NCBI GenBank assembly: GCA_049512315.1
Contig: JBEKXF010000005.1
Span: 62,001 to 126,000 of the forward strand
Origin: Candidatus Aminicenantales bacterium
Lineage (GTDB): Bacteria > Acidobacteriota > Aminicenantia > Aminicenantales > Saccharicenantaceae
Length of the DNA: 64,000 nucleotides
Direction of reading: 5' to 3'
Part shown: piece by piece, positions 1 through 8,144 of the stretch
Numbering within the stretch: the stretch's first letter is position 1
Layout: each line of letters opens with the position of its first letter
Made by a program: the position numbers and the translations under genes
The notes under the pieces: generated by a model
Seen by the model: only the letters and a program-made list of their open reading frames with translations
Told to the model about the DNA's origin: nothing
Databases searched by the model: none

Positions 1-197
1 TTCGCCAGGGGCGGGTACATCATCAGGATGAGGCCGACCGCGATCGGGATGTTCGTCGTCCCCGACTGGAACTTGTTGATGAAGCCGACGACGACCGGCC
101 AGAAGTAGCCCAGGCCCACGCCGAAGGCCATCGCCAGGAATATCCAGAGCGTCAGGTACCGGTCCAGGAACTTGAGTCTCGCGTTTCCGGGCGTCAT
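1..197 (-). CDS. acr3: Acr3-family arsenite efflux transporter, N-terminal part (runs off the window start)
   Basis: Manual translation [30 protein letters not shown]...[19 protein letters not shown] matches the Acr3 N-terminal signature; lies downstream of arsR/arsC. Confidence 0.93.
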   Translation of the reverse strand, partial: MTPGNARLKFLDRYLTLWIFLAMAFGVGLGYFWPVVVGFINKFQSGTTNIPIAVGLILMMYPPLA

Positions 198-251
198 CGG
201 TCTCTCCTTTTCCTCGTTTTTCTCGGGTGGTAAGTCCGCGCTAAAAAGAGC

Positions 252-722
252 TCATGCCCCGTCACGGCTTTCGGGCCGGACGATGATGTCCGGTTCAATG
301 ATGACCTCGCTCTTGACGGAATTCGCGACGAGGCTGTATTTCTGGGCCGAGGTCAGGGCCCGGAGGACGCGCTTTTCCACGGCCTCGCGCGCCGCGTTTT
401 CGGCCCCCACAATGATCCGGGGCTTCAGAACGACACGGGTGAAGATCTCGGTCCTGTCGAGCTCGATAAGCTTGGCCCCCTCGGCCCGGCATTCGTAGGA
501 CATGAGATCCAGGTGAAAGCGTTCCGCAGCCCAGATGAACATCAGCATGACGCACGTGTTGACGGCGGCGACGAACGCGTCTTCGGGGGTGAGGACTCCC
601 GCCCGACCCTGGGACTGGGGAGGAGCGGAAAAATCCATCTCGGGCCCGTTCCCCATCCGCACCCGACCATCATGTCCGCCCGTCCAGATCACGGAAGTTT
701 CATAGCTCTCTGTCCGAGCCAT
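252..722 (-). CDS. OsmC/Ohr-family protein
   Basis: FSAPP..G....TPEDAFVAAVNTC motif; C-terminal KYSLVANSVK, where the second Cys is replaced by Ser. Confidence 0.8.
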   Translation of the reverse strand: MARTESYETSVIWTGGHDGRVRMGNGPEMDFSAPPQSQGRAGVLTPEDAFVAAVNTCVMLMFIWAAERFHLDLMSYECRAEGAKLIELDRTEIFTRVVLKPRIIVGAENAAREAVEKRVLRALTSAQKYSLVANSVKSEVIIEPDIIVRPESRDGA

Positions 723-776
723 CGGCTTGCCTCCTCAAATAGCGGGACCGTCCCGGCGACGCGGCCGGTCGCAGGT

Positions 777-1202
777 TCATTCCAGTCCCCGCTTCCTCTT
801 CAAGAGCCGGTCCGTTTCGACGGCAATCTCCCCGGCAACGGTTTCGGCCAACCGCCTCCCTTCCTCGCTCAGCGTCCGGGCCCTGCCGAGTGTGCTGCAG
901 CCGGTTTTCTTTGCGATCGCGGTCACGACGATCGACGCGGCCGGCTTGGCGCTGTATTTTTCGGTGGCCACCGCGGCGCACCGTTTATCGCATCCATCGA
1001 CGGCGATGGTCGGATAATAGCGGGCGAACGCCCGTTCGCCCTCGCCACCCGCCAGAAATAGCGGCAGACAGAGGGTGACCGTGTCGTCAGGTCTCAATGT
1101 TTCGAGCACTTTCCGGACGGCCCTGCGCGTCACGGTGCCCTCGGGCAATTCCTCCCCCGAGCAGGAGATCAGTCCCACTTTCTTTCTCGGGAGATCAGGC
1201 AT
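777..1202 (-). CDS. DGC-domain putative zinc-binding protein
   Basis: CSG near the N-terminus, VTLCL, AVDGCDKRCA; start set at MPDLP (ATG 1202), overlapping the upstream stop. Confidence 0.8.
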   Translation of the reverse strand: MPDLPRKKVGLISCSGEELPEGTVTRRAVRKVLETLRPDDTVTLCLPLFLAGGEGERAFARYYPTIAVDGCDKRCAAVATEKYSAKPAASIVVTAIAKKTGCSTLGRARTLSEEGRRLAETVAGEIAVETDRLLKRKRGLE

Positions 1203-1614
1203 GGCCTTCCTCCCCGCCGACCTTATCAACGATCTTTGCACCTTCATCCGCCGCCGCGCGGGCCAGCTTCAATCCGTCCTCGTTGAGATCGCACACGCCC
1301 TCGGGCTTGAGGCCGCGGTGACGGCGGAGAACGTCGAAGACGGCGACCTTGTGGATCCGGCCCGCGCCGGCGGCCTCGAGCCCCTTCGCGGCGCACTCGA
1401 GCTTACAGCCGTCGATCGCGACGGCCGTGCCGTCGGCGACTTCACGCTTTGCTTCCTTGTCGCCCAGGACAAGGAGGGCAAGGGCGACAATGTTCGTTTT
1501 TTCGGGGCGGAGGTCCTCGGCGAGGATGTAAGCTGCTTCCCGGGCCGCCGCCCCTAGGCTTTTCCCGATCCCGCTGCAAGGGACGACGGAGATCTTGCGC
1601 CGTGTTTTGCTCAT
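1195..1614 (-). CDS. DGC-domain putative zinc-binding protein
   Basis: VVPCSGIG and AIDGCKLECA motifs. Confidence 0.8.
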   Translation of the reverse strand: MSKTRRKISVVPCSGIGKSLGAAAREAAYILAEDLRPEKTNIVALALLVLGDKEAKREVADGTAVAIDGCKLECAAKGLEAAGAGRIHKVAVFDVLRRHRGLKPEGVCDLNEDGLKLARAAADEGAKIVDKVGGEEGHA

Positions 1615-2063
1615 CGCAGGACCTCCGCTTCCGCCTGGACCTTGGCCAAGGCCAGGTAGTCGGCCGCCGTCTTCAAGACTCGGCGAGCCGCTTCGCTATC
1701 CTCGACCTCGAGGACGGCCAGCCAGCCTTTTCCGTAGGGATCCTGGTTGACGAGCTCGGGAGCGGTCAAGAGGTTATTGTTGACTTCGACGACCTTGCCT
1801 CCCACGGGGGACGGGATGCTGAAGTTGACCTTGATCGTCTCGACGACGGCCACCTCGTCGCCCAATCGGACCTGGGTCCCCTCCTCTTTCGGCTCGGCAA
1901 AAGCGACGTCCCCGTTCCTCTGTTGCGTGAAATCGGAAAGGCCGATGCGGGCCCGCCGCTCTTCGAATTTCACCCAGATCCCGGCCTCGCTGTAATAGAG
2001 GTCGGCGGGAAAGCGGAAGCGGAATTTATCAACCGCCAGCTCCAAGGCCTTATCGCTCATCAT
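1611..2063 (-). CDS. gcvH: Glycine cleavage H-like lipoyl-carrier protein
   Basis: RIGLSDF, VETIKV (lipoyl-Lys), SPVGGKVVEVN, PELVNQDPYGKGW. Confidence 0.9.
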   Translation of the reverse strand: MMSDKALELAVDKFRFRFPADLYYSEAGIWVKFEERRARIGLSDFTQQRNGDVAFAEPKEEGTQVRLGDEVAVVETIKVNFSIPSPVGGKVVEVNNNLLTAPELVNQDPYGKGWLAVLEVEDSEAARRVLKTAADYLALAKVQAEAEVLR

Positions 2064-2485
2064 TTCTCCTCCTCACCCTGAAGGAAGGTCTCTTCGATCC
2101 AGGCGCAGATCTCGTCGCGGCTCCTCCGGAAACAGGCCAGGATCTCCTCATCGGTCCCGGTGCAGGCCGCCGGGTCATCGAAGGCGTGGTGGATGTACTC
2201 CTTCCCGCCGAGGAAGAAGGGGCAATCCGCCTGCGAATCGTCGCAAACCATTACCACATGATCGAACTTCTGGCCCGTGAACTCGTCGATGCTCTTCGAA
2301 CGATGACCGGAAATGTCGATCCCGATCTCGGCCATGGCCTGGATCGCCCCGGGGTGCACTCTCGTGGCCATCGTCCCGCCACTCGAGGCCAGGAACGTGT
2401 TTCCATATAGGGCGTTGACCAGGCCCTCGGCCATCTGGGATCGGGCCGAGTTGTGGACGCAGATGAACAGGATCTTCTTTTTCAT
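2060..2485 (-). CDS. arsC: Thioredoxin-coupled arsenate reductase (LMW-PTP fold)
   Basis: P-loop CVHNSARSQMAE plus the VCD....CPFF resolving Cys pair; start set at MKKKILF. Confidence 0.92.
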   Translation of the reverse strand: MKKKILFICVHNSARSQMAEGLVNALYGNTFLASSGGTMATRVHPGAIQAMAEIGIDISGHRSKSIDEFTGQKFDHVVMVCDDSQADCPFFLGGKEYIHHAFDDPAACTGTDEEILACFRRSRDEICAWIEETFLQGEEEK

Positions 2486-2499
2486 GGCGAACGGCCTCC

Positions 2500-2901
2500 T
2501 CAACCTTTAGCTCCCCTCCCCCGTTTCCAGGCCGTCCCAGAACGGCTCCCGTGCTTGAGGCGGATTTCCTCCCTCAGGCAGATATCCATCCGCTTGACAT
2601 CCCGCAGGACATCCGCCGACTCCTTGAGATCATGCCTGAGTATTGTTCGCGAAAGGGTCTCCAGGGTTTTACGGGCAGCGGGTGTAATCCGGTAGATCAT
2701 CCACCGTCCCTCGCGGACGTCCTCGACCAGGCCGGCGGTGCGCAGGGCCTTCAGCTGATGCGACAGGCACGATTGCTCCTTCTTCAGGATGAACATCAAC
2801 TCGCAGACGCACAGGTCTTTTTCCATCAGGAGCAGCACAATCCGGAGCCGCGTGGGGTCGGACAGAACCTTGAAGGTCCGGATGGCGTCTTTCACGGGCA
2901 T
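2500..2901 (-). CDS. arsR: ArsR/SmtB-family transcriptional repressor
   Basis: FKVLSDPTRLRI, LCVCEL, SHQLKALRTAGLV, REGRW; start set at MPVKD. Confidence 0.9.
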   Translation of the reverse strand: MPVKDAIRTFKVLSDPTRLRIVLLLMEKDLCVCELMFILKKEQSCLSHQLKALRTAGLVEDVREGRWMIYRITPAARKTLETLSRTILRHDLKESADVLRDVKRMDICLREEIRLKHGSRSGTAWKRGRGAKG

Positions 2902-3959
2902 TGGATGACTCCCTGGGCCCATAGACATCCCCCGCAGACCGGGTAGGTGTTACCGTAGCAGTCCTCCTCGTTCTTTTCGAGCATCGTGCAGCCGCCGCAG
3001 ACGTGGCACGGGGAAAAATCGAAATCGCGGACTTTCTCCCGGAACCGGGCATATTCGGGCGAGTTCCAGATGTCAAAGAGGTCGCCGCTCTCGATATTGC
3101 CGAGGATGTATGCCGAGATTGTCCTCTCCAGCCCGTAGAGATATGTCCGATGGGTATGCAGAAGGCCGGCGCACGGGGTCACCTTTTCATCCCACCTAAC
3201 AAATGTGCAGCGGTCGTGGATGAACCGGCAGCGCCTTGCGTCGACGCTCAGCCGGTTTCCCATGAAAGACAGGTTTTCAAATCCCTGAAGGAGGCTGAAC
3301 ATGGCCTCTTTGGTCGTGTTGTTGACGTCCAGCCGGGGAAGATTGATCTCAGTCTTGCCGGATGCCGCGGTGAAGGTATCCAGGGTTAAGGTCTGAAGAC
3401 AGAGCATCTCCTTCTCCATCTCCGGGCTGTAGGGAAGGACGTGGCTGACCGAAACGCGACGCGCTCCTACGGTTCGGGCGAGCTTGTCGAGATCTTTGAG
3501 GTCGGCCAGATTCCGGCGAAGGAGGACGAAGGCGATCCCGAGCTCGACATGATGCGGTCCCTGGGCGTTCAGGCGGTCGAAAACCACCGGATCCATGTCG
3601 CCCGTAGGCTCATTCCAGGTGTTCCTGAGACACGTCCGGCAGCTCAGCCCGCAGCGAGAGGTGGGCTCCACGTAAACCCGGGCTAGGCTGTGGATGTCGG
3701 GCAGGACCTCGAGGCGGCCGCGGTCAAAGCGGATGTCGGCGAGCGAACCTGGGACGAGTCCCAGGCGTTTCGCGGCGGACGGAGGGACGACCAGGCTCCC
3801 GTCTTTTCGGACGCGGCGGCGGCTCTCTACGGCCTCCTTCTTCCTTCCTAAGGCCTGGACAACGGCCGCGGCCCGCTCCCCTTTTCCGAGATAGGCCAGG
3901 AGGCGATGTCCCCCGGGAACGCTCCGGCCGGACTTTTTTCCGCTGACGGGCTTGGACAT
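2892..3959 (-). CDS. Radical SAM/SPASM protein with an N-terminal AbrB-like domain, resembling tungsten-oxidoreductase rSAM maturases; apparently internally deleted (possible pseudogene)
   Basis: CGLSCRTC motif and Cys-rich SPASM tail (PCHVCGGC...DC...CGGCLWAQGVIQCP); the GGEP/TNG/SLDG core is absent. Confidence 0.75.
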   Translation of the reverse strand: MSKPVSGKKSGRSVPGGHRLLAYLGKGERAAAVVQALGRKKEAVESRRRVRKDGSLVVPPSAAKRLGLVPGSLADIRFDRGRLEVLPDIHSLARVYVEPTSRCGLSCRTCLRNTWNEPTGDMDPVVFDRLNAQGPHHVELGIAFVLLRRNLADLKDLDKLARTVGARRVSVSHVLPYSPEMEKEMLCLQTLTLDTFTAASGKTEINLPRLDVNNTTKEAMFSLLQGFENLSFMGNRLSVDARRCRFIHDRCTFVRWDEKVTPCAGLLHTHRTYLYGLERTISAYILGNIESGDLFDIWNSPEYARFREKVRDFDFSPCHVCGGCTMLEKNEEDCYGNTYPVCGGCLWAQGVIQCP

Positions 3960-3996
3960 ATGAACATATTTTCATATATCCAACGGGGCTTGTCAA
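3958..3996 (-). promoter_or_regulatory. Sigma70-type promoter overlapped by a 7-6-7 inverted repeat (probable ArsR operator)
   Basis: TTGACA (3996-3991), 17 nt, GAAAAT; ATATGAA-N6-TTCATAT at 3958-3977 covers the -10 and the start codon. Confidence 0.7.
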
Positions 3997-4062
3997 GGCC
4001 CGGAGCGCCCGTCCGCCAGGTTCAAGGGTTCCCGGCCGGCTGAGCAGACGCGGCGGACGGTC

Positions 4063-4989
4063 CTATTTATAGAGCTTGTAGACGCGGGAGGCGATCCGGG
4101 CGATCATCCGCTTGGCGATGACGGCGCCCGTGTCCCCCTCGGTCAGGACGCAGACCAGGACGTCCCCCCGCCCGGTGAAGATGATCCCGGCGTCGTGGCA
4201 GACTTTGTTTTCGAGGCCGGTCTTGTGGGCGACGGGGGTCTTGCGGGGAAGGTAGCGGGGGATCCGGTCATTGACTTTCTGTTCCTTGAGGACCGCCAGG
4301 CACTTCTCCGAGGCCTGCGGGCTGACGCAGCTCCGGCGGTACATCATTTCCAGGATGTCCGCCATCTCGCGCGGCGTCGTGAAGTTCTCGATACCCCTGG
4401 CCCGGGACCGAAAGTCCATCATCTTCCGCGACAGGTTCGTCCGCCCGAGCCCGAACTCTCGGAAGGTGCCGCCGAGATAATCGAACCCGAGGAGGTCGAT
4501 GAGCATATTGGCCGCGGTGTTGTCGCTGTCCGTGATCATGAGCTCGAGGAGCTTCTCGATCGTCACCGGAGTTCCGGCCGGAGCCGCCCGGAGGATGCCC
4601 GAGCCCCGGACCTTGTCCGTCCTTTTCAGGGTGAGGACCTCCTCCAGCGAGATCCGGCCCTCCTCGACCGCCTTGAAGCAGGCGGCCATGATCGGGATTT
4701 TGACCATGCTCGCCGACGGGAACGGACGGTCCTGGTTCCGGACCATGGCCCGGCCGGTCTGGAGGTCCTTGATGACGAAACCGAGCGTGCCCTGAAAATC
4801 GCGGAGGCTCCTCAGGATGTCCTTTTCGAGCTCCGCCCATTTCGCGTCCAGCGGCTCCCCGGCCGCCGCCTGGGGGATCACGTATTGGAGGGGGGCATCA
4901 ACGCCCGGCCCGGCCGGGGACGCGACCGAGGCGGAAGCAAGAAGGAGCGAGAGGGTGAGGACCGGCCACGAAGCGGATTTTCTTTTCAT
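4063..4989 (-). CDS. Secreted class A beta-lactamase-like serine hydrolase
   Basis: Signal peptide; SMVK, SDN and HKTG motifs; no Glu166-like omega-loop motif. Confidence 0.85.
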   Translation of the reverse strand: MKRKSASWPVLTLSLLLASASVASPAGPGVDAPLQYVIPQAAAGEPLDAKWAELEKDILRSLRDFQGTLGFVIKDLQTGRAMVRNQDRPFPSASMVKIPIMAACFKAVEEGRISLEEVLTLKRTDKVRGSGILRAAPAGTPVTIEKLLELMITDSDNTAANMLIDLLGFDYLGGTFREFGLGRTNLSRKMMDFRSRARGIENFTTPREMADILEMMYRRSCVSPQASEKCLAVLKEQKVNDRIPRYLPRKTPVAHKTGLENKVCHDAGIIFTGRGDVLVCVLTEGDTGAVIAKRMIARIASRVYKLYK

Positions 4990-5060
4990 CGTTCGGCGCG
5001 ACGGATTCCTATCTTACCAGCACCGGCGCCCTTTTTGAAGCCCTCCGTGTGAGAGAGAGG

Positions 5061-5089
5061 TTGAACTCCCGGCGTGCCCCTCCTATAAT
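5061..5089 (+). promoter_or_regulatory. Sigma70 promoter, probably giving a leaderless mRNA
   Basis: TTGAAC-17nt-TATAAT, with ATG 7 nt downstream at 5097 and no SD. Confidence 0.75.
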
Positions 5090-5096
5090 CGCTGTG

Positions 5097-6212
5097 ATGA
5101 CCTCAAAAGAAAGAATGCTCCGCGCCCTGGCCAAGGGGAAGCCCGACCGCCTGCCGGCGACCGTCCACCAGTGGCAGAAATTCCATCTGGACAACTATCT
5201 GGGCGGCATCACGGACCTCGAGGCCTTCGAAATGTTCGGCCTCGACGCCTCCATCCAATATTCCCAGGACGCGGGGCAGTTCCGGCTGGCCGGCACGGAC
5301 TCCGGCAAGTCTTCGGCCCCCGATTGGCAAGACGAGGTCGAAGTCCTCAGCGACGACCCGGACAACAGGGCCTGCCGCCACACGATCCGGACGCCCGGGG
5401 GGACGCTGACCTACGCCGCGGCCGGCAACCGGGCTACGACCTGGATCACGGAATATCTCATCAAGCGTGATGAGGACATTTTTCTGATCGCTAAGTACAT
5501 GCCCGTCCCCGGCCTCGAGCGCGCCGCGGTCAGCCGGATGTACGAAAAAGTCGGGGACAAGGGGATCCTGCGCGGCTTCGTCTGGGGCAACCAGGGCGGC
5601 TGCTGGCAGCACGCCGCCTGCCTGATGGACATCCAGGAGCTCATCCTCAAGGCCATGGACGACCCGGGCTGGGTCCACGAGCTGCTCGGGATCCTGCTCC
5701 GGAAAAAGCTCCGGTTCATCGAGACCATGAAGGGTGCCAAATTCGACCTGGTCGAAACGGGAGGAGGGTCGGCTTCGTCGACGCTCATCTCTCCGGCCCT
5801 GCACCGGGAATTCTGCCTGCCCTACGACCGCCGGATGCACGACGCCCTCCACGCCCTCGGCTTCACCGTCGCCTACCACACCTGCGGCGGGACCAGGGGC
5901 ATCGAGGAGCTGATCGTGGCCAACAGCTGCGACGCGTCCGAGACCCTGGCCCCGACCTCGATCGGCGGGAACCAGGAGCCCTGGGAGTTCAAGGAGAAGA
6001 CCGCCGGCCGCCTGGCCCTCATCGGAGGGCTCGACCAGTTCAACGTCCTGACGACGGGGAAAAGGGCCGATATCCGGGCCATGGTCTTCAAGCTGTTCGA
6101 AAAAGTCGGCGGCGAAGGCGGGTACATCCTGTCCGCGAGCGATCATTTTTTTGACACGCCGCCCGAGAACCTGCGCATCTACGCCGAGGCCGCGCGGGAA
6201 TGCTTCTATTGA
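5097..6212 (+). CDS. Uroporphyrinogen decarboxylase (URO-D)/MtaA-like family protein
   Basis: MTSKERMLRAL...PDRLP start, YHTCG, LIGGLDQ, GGYILS...PPEN. Confidence 0.85.
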   Translation: MTSKERMLRALAKGKPDRLPATVHQWQKFHLDNYLGGITDLEAFEMFGLDASIQYSQDAGQFRLAGTDSGKSSAPDWQDEVEVLSDDPDNRACRHTIRTPGGTLTYAAAGNRATTWITEYLIKRDEDIFLIAKYMPVPGLERAAVSRMYEKVGDKGILRGFVWGNQGGCWQHAACLMDIQELILKAMDDPGWVHELLGILLRKKLRFIETMKGAKFDLVETGGGSASSTLISPALHREFCLPYDRRMHDALHALGFTVAYHTCGGTRGIEELIVANSCDASETLAPTSIGGNQEPWEFKEKTAGRLALIGGLDQFNVLTTGKRADIRAMVFKLFEKVGGEGGYILSASDHFFDTPPENLRIYAEAARECFY

Positions 6213-6259
6213 CGGGGTCAAATCTTCATTTTTGCACTTTTCCCCGACCTGACCCCGTC
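6211..6259. repeat. REP-like inverted repeat
   Basis: GACGGGGTCA (6211-6220) and TGACCCCGTC (6250-6259) flank an AT-rich spacer between convergent genes. Confidence 0.6.
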
Positions 6260-6389
6260 TTAATCGTCATGCTATCTGATAGTTAGACAACTTCTATCAA
6301 CATTTTTCATCAAAATTGCCTTCGACACCCCATGACCGGCAGCCCGACTCATTCCCCATACGAACACTTATGAACCGGGGCCAGAGGCT

Positions 6390-8006
6390 TCAGCCCTGAT
6401 CTCCGTCCGGGCCGCCCAGCATCCTCCTCTGGGCCTTTTTTTCGGCGTAAGGGCGCGGGACGTAGACGCTCTCGCCGGTCGCCGGGTCCTTCCCGGTGTG
6501 ATACATGCACGTCGAGCGGGTCATCGGCGTCGGGGTGAAAATCTGGACGCCCTCGACCGGTTTCTCCCCGTCTTTCTCCAGCTCCTTGAGATAGGCGGCC
6601 AGCTCCCGCGCCTCCTTATCCGTGGTCCCCGGGTGGGCCACCATGAAGTAATACTTGAGATGCTGCGGGCTCGCCCAGCGGCCCCGGCCGGCCTTCTTGT
6701 TGATCTCCGCGAAGACGCGCCGGAACTCCTCGAGCGACCGCCGGCCGCCACTCTTCCCCATCAGCCGGAGGACATTGTCCGAAACATGCTCGGGGGCGAT
6801 CTTCAGAAGCCCCGAGATGTGGTGCTTCGAGAGTTCTTCGATATATTCCCAGCTCTCCAGGGCCAGGTCATAGCGGATGCCGCTCCGGACGAATATTTTC
6901 TTCACCCCGGGAATTCGCCTCGCTTTCCGCATGAGGCCAATGAGCCGCTTGTGACTCCGGTCTGGCCTCGCGCAAGACAGGCAATCCCCGTCCCGGCAAG
7001 GGGTTTCGCAATCCATTCCATACATATTGGCCGTCGGGCCGCCCAGGTCATCGATGAAGCCCTTGAAGTCCGGATGCTTGGTCAGGCGCCGGATCTCCGC
7101 CAGGATGGATTCCTCGCTCCGGGAGACGATCAGGTCGCCCTGGTGGAGGGAAAGGGAGCAGAAGGAGCAGCGACCGACGCAGCCGCGGTGGGTCACGACC
7201 GAGAACCTGGCCATGCCGAGCTCGGGATAGCCGCCCGGGATCACGCGCGAGAACGGCAATCCATAGATCCAGTCGAGGTCGCTCGTCTTGTATTCGGGGG
7301 CGGGATACTGGATGACGAACCGGTTGGCGTGTCCCTGGGCGAGCAGGCGCCGGTTGGAAAGCCGGCCTTGGGCTTCGCAGAACAGGTCCTTGTCCCGGCT
7401 CACATCTTCGAAGGACGGGATCGCTTCGGCGCCCGCCGGCGGCTCATTCCGGACGACGCACGTCCCCGGGATCCCGTCCAGCCCGTCGCCGCGGTCAAGC
7501 CGTTTCGCGATCTTCAGGACCTGGATCTCCCCCGGGCCGTAAACCAGGATGTCCGCGCGGGTATCGAGGAGGATGGACCGCCGGACCGCGTCATCCCAGT
7601 AATCGTAGTGGGCGAGACGGCGGAGCGAGGCCTCGATCCCGCCGAGGACGATGGTCGCCCCGCGGTGAAGTTCCCTGATTTTGTTGGCGTAGACGACGAC
7701 CGCCCGGTCGGGCATCCGGGCGATATAGGGGACATTACGGTCGCGGGCACGGTCGCGCTTAAGGGGCGAATAGTTGACCAGCATGCTGTCGATCGAGCCC
7801 GAAGTGACGCCGAAGAACAGCCGCGGCCGACCGAGCTTGAGGAAATCCTCACGGCCCTTCCAGTCCGGGGATTCGATGACGCCGACGCTGTAGCCCCTCG
7901 CGTCGAGAACGCGGGCGATGACCCCGACCGGAGAGAGCGGGTGGTCGGCGTAGGGCTCGCCGCTCACGAGAATGACGTCGAACCCGGAGCCGTGCGTCGC
8001 GATCAT
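6390..8006 (-). CDS. YgiQ-family (UPF0313) radical SAM protein
   Basis: FDVILVSGEPYADHP, GGIEASLRR.AHYDYW, HRGCVGRCSFC, DLGGPTANMY, RSGIRYDL, QIFTPTPMT; start set at ATG 8006. Confidence 0.92.
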   Translation of the reverse strand: MIATHGSGFDVILVSGEPYADHPLSPVGVIARVLDARGYSVGVIESPDWKGREDFLKLGRPRLFFGVTSGSIDSMLVNYSPLKRDRARDRNVPYIARMPDRAVVVYANKIRELHRGATIVLGGIEASLRRLAHYDYWDDAVRRSILLDTRADILVYGPGEIQVLKIAKRLDRGDGLDGIPGTCVVRNEPPAGAEAIPSFEDVSRDKDLFCEAQGRLSNRRLLAQGHANRFVIQYPAPEYKTSDLDWIYGLPFSRVIPGGYPELGMARFSVVTHRGCVGRCSFCSLSLHQGDLIVSRSEESILAEIRRLTKHPDFKGFIDDLGGPTANMYGMDCETPCRDGDCLSCARPDRSHKRLIGLMRKARRIPGVKKIFVRSGIRYDLALESWEYIEELSKHHISGLLKIAPEHVSDNVLRLMGKSGGRRSLEEFRRVFAEINKKAGRGRWASPQHLKYYFMVAHPGTTDKEARELAAYLKELEKDGEKPVEGVQIFTPTPMTRSTCMYHTGKDPATGESVYVPRPYAEKKAQRRMLGGPDGDQG

Positions 8007-8144
8007 CAGCGCTATTGTAGCATGCGGTCTCCGCGCGAACGAAAGGTTGGGATCGCCACACCCAAAAAGGCTCGCGATAAAATTCGGCAAATCGCCGCTG
8101 ATCGATCGGCCGGGCGGAAGCCGGAGCGGGGGACAACCCGGGCC

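Noticed and set aside
777..2485. Selenocysteine recoding in the DGC, ArsC or GcvH genes
   Set aside because: All are full-length open frames with ordinary Cys (or Lys) at the motif positions and no in-frame TGA
4063..4989. Possible true class A beta-lactamase (resistance gene)
   Set aside because: The omega-loop region (LSRKMMDF) lacks the Glu166-type motif, so it is more likely a PBP-like serine hydrolase
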